This document shows positions 31,426 to 40,509 of a DNA stretch of 64,000 nucleotides, one piece after another. Each line of letters opens with the position of its first letter. Position 1 is the stretch's first letter. Under the pieces are notes generated by a model that saw only the letters and a program-made list of their open reading frames with translations, was not told the origin of the DNA and did not search any database. Location of the stretch: IMG/VR virus record IMGVR_UViG_3300030095_004072; one strand, written 5' to 3'. A program made the position numbers and the translations under genes. Source of the DNA: an uncultured virus (IMG/VR IMGVR_UViG_3300030095_004072) (taxonomy: Duplodnaviria > Heunggongvirae > Uroviricota > Caudoviricetes > Crassvirales).

Positions 31426-34400
31426 ATGAATAAAGAAGCTTTAGAAACTTTATATGGGTTAGCTCAACAAGATGGTTATAAAAAATCTTTAGAAGAGTTT
31501 ACTATTTTAATGCAACAAAATCCTGAAGCAGTAAATCAGATGTATGGCCTTGCGAGAAAAAATGGATATCAAAAGTCTGAAGACGATTTTAATATATTAG
31601 TTGGATTTCAGCAACCTGTAAAAAAAAAAGAACCGACTCAAGAAAGCCCAGAAGTGGTTTCAGATGGTTCTGGGGACACGGAAATTACGGAGGAAGTTAT
31701 CACGGAACAAGAGGGAGTTGGTACTTCGGATTATTTACAAAGTCAGGATCTTGATTTTGAAATGGCTGAGGTTAAGCCCTACAGCCCTGTTTATGCCGAT
31801 GCTCAAATGCAAGATTTATCAGTTGGTGAGAAAGACACTGCAATTGAAAGAGTATTTGGTAAAAATGAATTTACAGATTTCTTTGGTGATATGTGGCGTG
31901 CAGGTGTTCAAGGACAAGTGCAAGGAGGCACTGTTGATGAGTCATTAGAAATATTAGGTAAATCCCGTATTGGAGCTGAAGTAACCTCAGAAGACATACA
32001 AGACTTTTTAGTAGCACAAAGAAAATTACAAAGCGTAGGTGTTTCAGATGAGATGAAAGACTTTAATCGTATATACCAAGCTAACGGTGGTGGTGCTTGG
32101 GGTTGGGTAAAAGGAGTTTGGAATAACCCATCAACTATCCCGCAATTATTTGTTTCTTCCATGAGTGCTATGGTAAACCCTACTGTATTAGCAGGTGCGG
32201 CTGCAGGTGCAGGAGCGGGTACAGCTGTAGGTCCAATAGGTACAGCTGCAGGTTTTTTTGCAGGTGCGGGAATAACATTAGAAACAGGATTAACTTTTGC
32301 TGAGTTACTACAAAAAGAAGTTGTTGACAGAGGTTTAAAGTTAGATGAAGCAGGGGTACGAAAAGTCTTAGAAGATAAAGACGCAATGAGTAGTATAAGA
32401 AACAAATCAGCAGGAAGAGGGCTTGTTATTGGTGCTATTGACGGTATGGCTTCTAAGATAGGTATAAAAGTAGGAGCAAGAACATTAGGTGGAAAAGCAT
32501 ATGGTTTAGGTAAGAAAGTAAAAGCGACTGGTCAAGTAGCGGCAATAGAGGCAGCAGGAGGTTCTCTTGGTGAAATAGGAGGGCGATTAGCAGCTGATCA
32601 AGAAATGGACGCAGCTGAAGTTTTATTTGAAGGGTTTGCAGGAACAGCAACTTTACCTGCTACACTTGGAATAGCAGCATATAAATCACCTAAATACTAT
32701 ATAAATAAAGGAAATTTTGATGAAAGTCAAAAAGATTTAACAAGAGTTGATCCTGAAATAATGGAAGATTTAATTTATAACTCTACAGACGAAGAATTTG
32801 CCGCAGCTGAAATAACTATAAAAAATAACCCTGAATTAGAAAAGGTAGCAGCTGACAGAAAGAAAAAACTTCATAGCAAATCCACAGCACAAAAAGAAAT
32901 TTTAGATGCAAACCCAAAGTTAAGCCAAGAAAAATTAGATAAATTAGTTCCGTTACAAGAAGAATTAAATAGTTTAGAAGGAAATAAATCACAACCTGCA
33001 AAGAAAAGAAGGGCTGAGATTATAGAACAAATGAATGCTGTTGAAGAAGCAAAAGAAACTAAAGTTGAAGAAACAGAAATAACTGAAGAAGAAATAGATA
33101 AAAAGTTAAAAGAATTAAAACCCAATACTGATACAGCTACTGCAGAAGAAAGAGCTTATGCAAGAAATTTAGTAGCAAAAGATAAAAGAGATGCTGCTGC
33201 AAAAGTAGCTGAAACAGAAACAGAAACAGAAACAGAAATTACAGCTACTCCTGAAACTAAAGAGGAAGCACAAGACTTAGCTGAAGCTGTAGCATTAGAT
33301 ACAGAAGAGACAGTAACAAATGAACAAGGAGAAGTAGTAGGAGAAAAAGTAGATGAAGGTGAGGCAATGATTAGATACGGTGAAGAGTCAGAGCAAGATT
33401 TGTTTGCACCATTAGATTTTGAAAACACTAACAACACCACTTTTGGTCCTGCACCTGCAAACTTAGCCTTTTTTGGTCCTGCTAATAGAGCGGGAACGTA
33501 TAAGGCTGATGGTACTCGTAATAAATTTACTGCAACAATTACACCAAAGAATCCGTATAAAGTAGAAAAATCTGATGTATGGACAGTAGAAAAACTCCAA
33601 CCTATTATAGAAGCAGGACATGATGCTATTGTGGTTACAAATCCTGTAGCACCTGAAACTATTGTATTAGATAAAAGTATTATTAAATTAACAGCACCAA
33701 CTGAATTAAAAACTAAAACCGATGCCACTACAAAGCAAAGCACAACTAAGGTGGATGGCAAAAAACAAGCCAAGCCTATTTCAAAAGTTTCTAAACGAAA
33801 CACTAAACGTAAAAAATCTACCAGAAAGAAAGTCAAAGACAAAGCGGAGCAACAAAAGCAAGACACGCAAAAGAAAACGAAAATAAAAGAACTTAAAGCT
33901 ATAGCTCCTAATGCTTATGTAAACGAGTCAGACAAAGCAAAAAGAATTAACTCAGAAAAATTTATAAAACCTGCTAAAAGAGCTTTAGCTGCATTAAAAA
34001 AATTACTTCCTGATGTGATGGTTGTAATACATGAGAATGAGGTAGACTATATGAATGCTATTGGTAATCCAAAAGGCAGGTCTGCAGGTGTTTTTAGAGG
34101 TGATAATGTAATTCATATTAATGCTGAACTTGCAACTAATCGTGTCTTAAGTCATGAAATATTTCACGCTATACTTAGAAACAAATTAGGGTCAGAAAGT
34201 AAAATAGCAGTTTTAACAGACAGAATGATGAAGGCTCTTGCAAAGGCTGATTTAGATCCTGAAATAAAAAAGAAAATTGACGAATATATTGCGTTATATA
34301 AAGAAAGAAATAAAGATGATGCGTCAAGATTAGCATATGCAAATGAAGAATATATGGCTGAAATCTTTAGTTATCTGTCAAATAACTATACATCTTTAAA

Positions 34401-37400
34401 AGCACCTCAACAATCTATTATAAAAAGGTTTATAAGCAAACTAAGTAATTTATTAGGACTTACAGCAGAAGATGTTATTGGAACTGATAAGGCTTTGATT
34501 GATTTATTAAACGTAGTAGCAGGTAAGGTACAAACAGGTGAAACAATTACTAAGTCAGATGTAAAACAACTTGACTTGTTTGCAGGTGGTAAAGAGGTGA
34601 AAAACCCATCAACTGCTTTAAAAACAATGGTTGTAGGTGGTTTTGAAGTAAGTTACACTCAGCAAGATAGTATTGCGGAAATGATTAAAAAAGGTTTAGT
34701 TACTGAGCCTAAAGATGTAAGTTTCTTAGAAGGTAACGAAACTGTTATAACAGCTCCAGACGATATGTTAGCAGGAGAGATTAAATATAATGGTAAAGTT
34801 ATTTTTGAAGGGGAGGGTGGTGTGTTTTTTGTAACTAAGTTTGGTGATGTATGGGCTTCAGGTAATAAAGGTACTGCAAATAATATAGCTAAAAATTTAA
34901 ATAAACAATTAGAAACTAATGGAGGTAAAGCATACTTAACATTAACAAAAGGATCAGACGCTAAATTAGTTAGTAGTGCTTCTGGTGTAAATTCTACTTT
35001 AGCAATATTAAACACGATGTTAGATAATAAATTAATTACCCCTTCTAATTTTAGAAGTGCTGTTTCTGCAGCTGTAAAAAAAGCAGGAGGAACAATTAAT
35101 TTAAGACAAAGTGCAAAAGATTTAAAAACAGATATACAAAAATATTTTACTAATCCAAAAACTTCAACGTTTGAGAAAAGAGGAGATGTGGTTAGAGATA
35201 TAGTAGGAGAAATAGCTAAAAATCTTCCTAAAGAAGATAGAAGTGCTATTATTAATTTTTTAGATGGTAATCCCAACAAATCTTTAGCAAAGAAAACTTC
35301 AGCAACTGCTAACGGGTTAGTTGATTTGATTGCTCGTATAGCAGCTGAACAGCTTACGAAAGGTTTAAATACAGGAGATGTTTATGCAATTATAGAAATT
35401 AACAGTCCTGTTGAGGTTAAAGAAGATTCGCACCCAAGCTATCCATTTCACATATCAATAAAAGATGGTGGTAAACCTATATTACACTTACCACAAAACA
35501 GACAATCAGGAAGTGAGGTGTTAATACAAAAATCAGGGGTAGAATACAAGGTTCGTAATGTATCTATAGTAGAAGGAAGCTATAAATCCTCAGACAAGAC
35601 ATCAGTGTATACAGGAGAAACACAAGAAAAAAGAATATTTAACAAACAAGACACTATAAATGATGTGGTTGCTAAAGCAAGAGGATTAGACTATAGTGAA
35701 GCAGCTATATTTGAATACTTACGCAACAACAGAAAACTATCTACAGATGAAGCTCGTGCTGCATTAGAACAAAAAGAAGGAGCTTTTACTGATATACCAA
35801 TGGAGTTTCAATTAGTAAACGGTGGTATAAGTGAGGGTCAAACTTTATTTAATCAAATATCATATGAGTTAAATAAATTTTTAGTAGAAAAACCTGATGC
35901 TACTCGTATACAAACTGAAAAGAAAGCTTTTGAAATATTAAGAAACAATGACATATTTAAAGCACAAGATAAAAGTATACAAAACAACATTGAAATATCT
36001 TATAGAGGAGTATTAGGTAAAGTACAAAGTGTAGAAATAAGTAAACGTATAAATCGTTTAAAAAGAGACTTGTTTATAAAAAAACAAGGACAAAGAGATT
36101 TAAGAAAAATACAACTTCAGTTAAAGCAATTAATTAGAAAGTACGTGCCAAAAGAAGCTACGTTTACTAAGGCAGAATTAGATAGAATGCTAAACAAAAT
36201 TATAACAGCAGGACCTGATTCTATTTTGTCTGTAGGTGAAAAAATATTTAATGCAGTTGAAAGAAAAAGAAAACAAGTTAAGATAAAAAAGATTAAAGAG
36301 ATAAAGGCTATGGTTAACAAATTAGCCAAGTCTGCTTCTACTAAATCATCAAGACCAATAGCGTCTAATATAGAAGGTGGAGGTGTTGCATTTTTTAAAG
36401 AAGTAAGATCAGTATTACAAGCTGCCTTGACACCAGACAATGTTTCCAGAGGAGAAAAGTTATTATCAATTTCTGCATTAATTGAGTCTAATCAACAAGA
36501 AACTCAAATAACATTAGAAAAACAAAAAAGAGGTGAGCCTCTTACTTTAAGAGAACAAACTTTGTTAGCTCGTGTTTTAGCTTTTGATACATTTAATAAT
36601 ATATATAACTTAGACTTAGAGGCCGTTACTGATATATTAGAGCAAATGAAAGATGCTAAAAAAGAATCTATTGCTATGTTAAATATGGCAAGATTAGAAC
36701 GAGCTGAAGTTAATAATGAAATTTTTGAATCAGCAACTAATCAAATAAGACAAAACTATCCTGAAATGTTTAATGATGATGGTAAGGGAGAGTTAAAAAA
36801 TAAAAGAGACTTTGATGCTTTAGATAAAGAAGGTTTTTTAGGAGACACAAGAAGTAAAATCAGTAACTTTTTTAAACAATTTAAATTTACATCTACAGTA
36901 GGTATACGTTCTTATTTAAGAAATAGACTTTCTCATTTAGGTACTTTAATGAATATTTTAGATAATGTAAATTTAAAAAATACATTTTTCTACGATACTG
37001 TTTATCAAGGATTAAATAGAATGCATACTAAAGCCTTGAGAGGATATTATAATGCACAGACAATGATTAATTCTATTGCAGCAAGTATTGATGGTATAGA
37101 AAGTTATCAAGACTTAAAACAAAAATTACCATTTGAGCTTGTAAAAATAGACTTTGGAGATACAAAATATATTAATAAAGCCACAGGGAAAGCACAAGAA
37201 GAGTTTAGTATTACACAGTTAATGAGAATATATGCTTTGAGTAAAAACGAAACTCAAAGAATAAAATTAGAAAACTCAGGGTTTGGTCAATATCAAATAT
37301 CACAAATAGAGGGAGCAATAGGGACAGATGCTGTAGAGTTTGTAGATAAAATTGTAAACTGGTTAAGCACAGATTACTTTAATAGCATAAACAATATATA

Positions 37401-39069
37401 TAAACAAGCTAACTATACTGATTTAGGTTTTGTAGAAAACTATTTTCCTACAAAAAGTATATCAGCTTCAAATGTAAGTCAAGACTTAATAAAGGGTGGT
37501 AATTTTGCAAAAGTATTTAGTGCTGAGACTGCTCCGTCATTAAAAGAAAGAACAGACGAGTTTGGAGAGACAGACGTAGGTCCTGATTTTGTAGAAACTT
37601 TAGAAAACCATGTTGCACAAATGGAAAGATATAAAGCTTACGCTTTAGGAGTAAAAAATTTACAAGCAGTCTTTAATGTTCCTGCTGTTAATACTTTACT
37701 AACACGTTTAGGTATTTCTGATAGAGTAAACGAATCAGTAAATTTAGCTATAAACCCATCTATGGGAGTGAAGGATCAAGGTGTTATGGCGAAACTGCAA
37801 CGTAAATTTACAGGATTTGCTTTATCATTTAAAGCAATTCAATTATTAAAACAATCAACATCTTTTGTCAATGCCTTTGAAGAATATAAAGGTAAGGGTG
37901 GTGCAGGTGGTTTTATGATTGGTATGGCTAAAGTTGTTGCAAGACTACCTTACTACATGAAGTTAGCACAAGAAATATCTCCAGACTTTAGAGATCGTTT
38001 GCGTAAAGGATTAGAAGGAGACTTATACAGATTAGAAACAGGAAGTAGGACTACAGCTCCAATTGAAAGAAGAATTAAAGACTTAAGAAAAGCTTTAAGT
38101 GAAAAGGATTATGAAGCTTTTAAAAATAGAATTATTACACTGTTTCAGAAAGGTGCAGCTATGCCTACGGTAATGGGAGATATTATGGGTGTTATGGGAT
38201 ATATGGTAAATTACGAAGCTAATATTGCAAATGGAATGTCAAAAGCAAAAGCAGCTGAAGCTTTTAATAATTATAATGCAACTCAGCAGTCAAGAAGAGA
38301 AACAGATAAAATTCCTTTACAGCAAAGTCAAAATGAAATGACAAGAGCTTTTACTATGTTTGGTAGTACATTGTTTTTACAAATAAATAAAGTTATGAGT
38401 TCTACAAGTAATATTATGGGAGCTATATTTCGTAAAAAAGCTCCAAGAAGACAAGATATAAGAGCTTTTGTTTTAAACTTTGCAGGTGCTAACGTAATGT
38501 TTGCTTTAGCAGCAAATATGTTTAAATTCATGGGTAATGATAAAGACGAAGAAGAAGCTATGGATAGATTAAAAGAAGCTATGTATGGTTTAAACTTACT
38601 TTATCAAATACCTTTTTTTGGTGCAGCAGTACAAGAAACAAGAAACAGGGCTTTAGGAAAGTCTTCAGGATATGCTGATGATGTTGTAAATCCTATAAAA
38701 TCTGTTATGAGAAAAGTAAATAAAGGATTGAAAGATGGAAGATTAGATAAAAGTCTAAGGCCATTTGTAGAAATTTTATTAGGAGCACAGGTTGACCCTT
38801 TTGTAGGAATGTATAATTATTTTGCAGGACAAGGCAAAGACAAAAACGAAGCATTTTATGATATATTTGGTATAAGCCCATCTTACCGTCCAGGGACAGG
38901 TACTGCCTACAGTCCTGAAGATTTAAAGTATATAAAACAAACTAATCCTGATTTGTATAACCAAATACAAGAAAATAAAAAATTAAAAAATAGTAATAAG
39001 AAAATGAGTAAGTCAGAAATGAAACGTACTAACCCTGAAATGTATTATCAAATTTATGGAGAACAATAA
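31426..39069 (+). CDS. Giant internal virion/polyvalent protein (2547 aa) with zincin HExxH and ART-like segment
   Basis: Gly/Ala hydrophobic stretches; SHEIFHA...NEEYMAE; KNPY...GHDAIV...ETIVLD; helical C-terminus. Confidence 0.7.
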   Translation: MNKEALETLYGLAQQDGYKKSLEEFTILMQQNPEAVNQMYGLARKNGYQKSEDDFNILVGFQQPVKKKEPTQESPEVVSDGSGDTEITEEVITEQEGVGTSDYLQSQDLDFEMAEVKPYSPVYADAQMQDLSVGEKDTAIERVFGKNEFTDFFGDMWRAGVQGQVQGGTVDESLEILGKSRIGAEVTSEDIQDFLVAQRKLQSVGVSDEMKDFNRIYQANGGGAWGWVKGVWNNPSTIPQLFVSSMSAMVNPTVLAGAAAGAGAGTAVGPIGTAAGFFAGAGITLETGLTFAELLQKEVVDRGLKLDEAGVRKVLEDKDAMSSIRNKSAGRGLVIGAIDGMASKIGIKVGARTLGGKAYGLGKKVKATGQVAAIEAAGGSLGEIGGRLAADQEMDAAEVLFEGFAGTATLPATLGIAAYKSPKYYINKGNFDESQKDLTRVDPEIMEDLIYNSTDEEFAAAEITIKNNPELEKVAADRKKKLHSKSTAQKEILDANPKLSQEKLDKLVPLQEELNSLEGNKSQPAKKRRAEIIEQMNAVEEAKETKVEETEITEEEIDKKLKELKPNTDTATAEERAYARNLVAKDKRDAAAKVAETETETETEITATPETKEEAQDLAEAVALDTEETVTNEQGEVVGEKVDEGEAMIRYGEESEQDLFAPLDFENTNNTTFGPAPANLAFFGPANRAGTYKADGTRNKFTATITPKNPYKVEKSDVWTVEKLQPIIEAGHDAIVVTNPVAPETIVLDKSIIKLTAPTELKTKTDATTKQSTTKVDGKKQAKPISKVSKRNTKRKKSTRKKVKDKAEQQKQDTQKKTKIKELKAIAPNAYVNESDKAKRINSEKFIKPAKRALAALKKLLPDVMVVIHENEVDYMNAIGNPKGRSAGVFRGDNVIHINAELATNRVLSHEIFHAILRNKLGSESKIAVLTDRMMKALAKADLDPEIKKKIDEYIALYKERNKDDASRLAYANEEYMAEIFSYLSNNYTSLKAPQQSIIKRFISKLSNLLGLTAEDVIGTDKALIDLLNVVAGKVQTGETITKSDVKQLDLFAGGKEVKNPSTALKTMVVGGFEVSYTQQDSIAEMIKKGLVTEPKDVSFLEGNETVITAPDDMLAGEIKYNGKVIFEGEGGVFFVTKFGDVWASGNKGTANNIAKNLNKQLETNGGKAYLTLTKGSDAKLVSSASGVNSTLAILNTMLDNKLITPSNFRSAVSAAVKKAGGTINLRQSAKDLKTDIQKYFTNPKTSTFEKRGDVVRDIVGEIAKNLPKEDRSAIINFLDGNPNKSLAKKTSATANGLVDLIARIAAEQLTKGLNTGDVYAIIEINSPVEVKEDSHPSYPFHISIKDGGKPILHLPQNRQSGSEVLIQKSGVEYKVRNVSIVEGSYKSSDKTSVYTGETQEKRIFNKQDTINDVVAKARGLDYSEAAIFEYLRNNRKLSTDEARAALEQKEGAFTDIPMEFQLVNGGISEGQTLFNQISYELNKFLVEKPDATRIQTEKKAFEILRNNDIFKAQDKSIQNNIEISYRGVLGKVQSVEISKRINRLKRDLFIKKQGQRDLRKIQLQLKQLIRKYVPKEATFTKAELDRMLNKIITAGPDSILSVGEKIFNAVERKRKQVKIKKIKEIKAMVNKLAKSASTKSSRPIASNIEGGGVAFFKEVRSVLQAALTPDNVSRGEKLLSISALIESNQQETQITLEKQKRGEPLTLREQTLLARVLAFDTFNNIYNLDLEAVTDILEQMKDAKKESIAMLNMARLERAEVNNEIFESATNQIRQNYPEMFNDDGKGELKNKRDFDALDKEGFLGDTRSKISNFFKQFKFTSTVGIRSYLRNRLSHLGTLMNILDNVNLKNTFFYDTVYQGLNRMHTKALRGYYNAQTMINSIAASIDGIESYQDLKQKLPFELVKIDFGDTKYINKATGKAQEEFSITQLMRIYALSKNETQRIKLENSGFGQYQISQIEGAIGTDAVEFVDKIVNWLSTDYFNSINNIYKQANYTDLGFVENYFPTKSISASNVSQDLIKGGNFAKVFSAETAPSLKERTDEFGETDVGPDFVETLENHVAQMERYKAYALGVKNLQAVFNVPAVNTLLTRLGISDRVNESVNLAINPSMGVKDQGVMAKLQRKFTGFALSFKAIQLLKQSTSFVNAFEEYKGKGGAGGFMIGMAKVVARLPYYMKLAQEISPDFRDRLRKGLEGDLYRLETGSRTTAPIERRIKDLRKALSEKDYEAFKNRIITLFQKGAAMPTVMGDIMGVMGYMVNYEANIANGMSKAKAAEAFNNYNATQQSRRETDKIPLQQSQNEMTRAFTMFGSTLFLQINKVMSSTSNIMGAIFRKKAPRRQDIRAFVLNFAGANVMFALAANMFKFMGNDKDEEEAMDRLKEAMYGLNLLYQIPFFGAAVQETRNRALGKSSGYADDVVNPIKSVMRKVNKGLKDGRLDKSLRPFVEILLGAQVDPFVGMYNYFAGQGKDKNEAFYDIFGISPSYRPGTGTAYSPEDLKYIKQTNPDLYNQIQENKKLKNSNKKMSKSEMKRTNPEMYYQIYGEQ
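31620..31754 (+). other. Candidate -1 frameshift site (A10) and 41-codon -1 frame extension
   Basis: GTA AAA AAA AAA GAA, then a -1 frame encoding a Gly/aromatic peptide to TGA 31752-31754; downstream CCCAGAA/TTCTGGG stem. Confidence 0.45.
33722..33886 (+). CDS. Overprinted 54-aa basic ORF (MPLQSKAQLRWMAKNKP...) in the +1 frame of the giant gene
   Basis: A-rich leader AATTAAAAACTAAAACCG then ATG; host frame has unusually many G/C-ending codons here. Confidence 0.55.
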   Translation: MPLQSKAQLRWMAKNKPSLFQKFLNETLNVKNLPERKSKTKRSNKSKTRKRKRK

Positions 39070-39313
39070 TTTTGATGAAGACAAGTGTTTTAACAACACG
39101 TATGAGTTAATTACAGGGAAAAGAAGTTTAATAGATTTTTTAGATACAGAAGATGAGTTATGGTTTTTACATGATCCTAATAAAGAAAAATTAAGATACA
39201 ACGACCCTATATATGGTGAGCTTATTAATTATTTTGTCTATACTGAAGAGTATGAAAAGTGTGCTGAAATATTGGAAATCCAAGAAAAACTAAAACAATC
39301 TTTGTTTAATTGA
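39056..39313 (+). CDS. Hypothetical protein with EEYEKCAEI (UVR-like) motif
   Basis: Last plus-strand ORF before the convergence point. Confidence 0.6.
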   Translation: MENNNFDEDKCFNNTYELITGKRSLIDFLDTEDELWFLHDPNKEKLRYNDPIYGELINYFVYTEEYEKCAEILEIQEKLKQSLFN

Positions 39314-39701
39314 TTTGACTAATAGAAGTAATATGGTCTTCTATATTTCTGTTTCTGTTATATTGAGAAATTAAATCTTTTTCAAAATTATGCTTATAAT
39401 TTTTTCTTTCTGCCTCTAACTTATAAAAAGAAAAAGCATTCATACCTACGGTATGTGCGTCAGTTGGAAAAAAATACTTCCACCCTTTAGACCTTCCTCT
39501 GTTTATATAGTAACAAAAAGCTACTGCTAACTTACCTGTATTTTTTTTAAAATTTACAACAGCAGAATCATCTGATGTAGGTATAATTTCATCTACACTA
39601 AATGTTTCATTATTTACATTTCCACTTCTTGTTTTGTTTGAAAATCTTTCTGCAACTGTTTTGCAGAAAATGTCTAATTCTTTTGCTCGTTCTTTATTCA
39701 T
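39306..39701 (-). CDS. Hypothetical protein
   Basis: 131-aa ORF ending the minus-strand block. Confidence 0.65.
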   Translation of the reverse strand: MNKERAKELDIFCKTVAERFSNKTRSGNVNNETFSVDEIIPTSDDSAVVNFKKNTGKLAVAFCYYINRGRSKGWKYFFPTDAHTVGMNAFSFYKLEAERKNYKHNFEKDLISQYNRNRNIEDHITSISQIN

Positions 39702-39731
39702 GATGGCCAGATTATTATTTTTTGTATTATA

Positions 39732-39923
39732 TTAGATTTCATCAGTCAGGGAGTTGATTAGGTCAGCTAATACTTTCATTAAATCTTGTGCTTTTTCTTT
39801 AGCTTTTTCGTGTTCACGTTCCATCAAATCCTCATACAGCTCGTCTCCAAAGCCATGTATACGATCAGTCACATAATTTATATGACTTATTGTAGATTTA
39901 TCTTCACGTGCAATTCGGGACAT
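39732..39923 (-). CDS. Hypothetical helical protein
   Basis: 63-aa ORF with its own -7 box. Confidence 0.6.
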   Translation of the reverse strand: MSRIAREDKSTISHINYVTDRIHGFGDELYEDLMEREHEKAKEKAQDLMKVLADLINSLTDEI

Positions 39924-39939
39924 TTATACTTGATTTTAT

Positions 39940-39947
39940 CAAATATA
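39940..39947 (-). promoter_or_regulatory. -7 box TATATTTG (minus strand)
   Basis: CAAATATA on plus, intergenic, upstream of 39923. Confidence 0.6.
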
Positions 39948-39961
39948 AAAAAATTTGTGAC

Positions 39962-40306
39962 TTATCCTAATTCTTCAGGATTTTTTATATAACAATCTAA
40001 AAGTCGTAAGTCCAAATACTCATCCATAGATATCATAGATATGTCGCTTAAGATAGTAGGACCTTTGTCTTCACGAATAATTTCAATAGCAAAAGTTATA
40101 AGAGATTTGTCAATATCAACAATACATCCGCCTAAAATCTGTGATGTAAGATTATTTTTTGGCATTTCTGGTAAGTTTTTTTGTATGAAGCTTGCTATTT
40201 TTACAGCTCTTACTATTTTAAATTCTTCTTGTAAGTTTTCTATAAAATGATCTTCAACACTCCATTTAATCTCCTCTGTAGATTTCTGTTTTAATTCCAT
40301 GATCAT
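39962..40306 (-). CDS. Hypothetical protein
   Basis: ORF in packed minus-strand block. Confidence 0.6.
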   Translation of the reverse strand: MIMELKQKSTEEIKWSVEDHFIENLQEEFKIVRAVKIASFIQKNLPEMPKNNLTSQILGGCIVDIDKSLITFAIEIIREDKGPTILSDISMISMDEYLDLRLLDCYIKNPEELG

Positions 40307-40508
40307 TTAATTGTTTTATTCTAAACTGCTGTATAGCAGACACTTTACCTCTTGGTTTTTTTATTTCAGAAAACAAAACATCTGAGTCTTTTGGTATAGC
40401 TATTAAATCAGGTATTCCGTTCTTGTTTGTTACAGTTAATTTAATTACATAATAACCCATCTCTTCCAATTGTTTTATTCTTTTCAATTGGATTTGATTC
40501 TCTGTCAT
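40266..40508 (-). CDS. VRR-NUC (PD-(D/E)xK) nuclease
   Basis: E..IQ...GIPDLIA...FSEIKKP.GKVS..Q signature. Confidence 0.85.
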   Translation of the reverse strand: MTENQIQLKRIKQLEEMGYYVIKLTVTNKNGIPDLIAIPKDSDVLFSEIKKPRGKVSAIQQFRIKQLNDHGIKTEIYRGD

Positions 40509-40509
40509 T

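Noticed and set aside
31664..31948. 94-aa +1-frame ORF inside the giant gene
   Set aside because: No A-rich leader or motif; the local codon anomaly is better explained by the -1 frame peptide. Not fully excluded.
33211..33238. (GAAACA)4 microsatellite
   Set aside because: In-frame Glu-Thr linker repeat; no phase-variation effect.
220..39201. Many minus-strand ORFs opposite structural genes (e.g. 220-729, 5299-5634, 31908-32405, 33156-33866, 34659-35279)
   Set aside because: Antisense shadows of long codon-biased genes; no initiation context or recognisable motifs.
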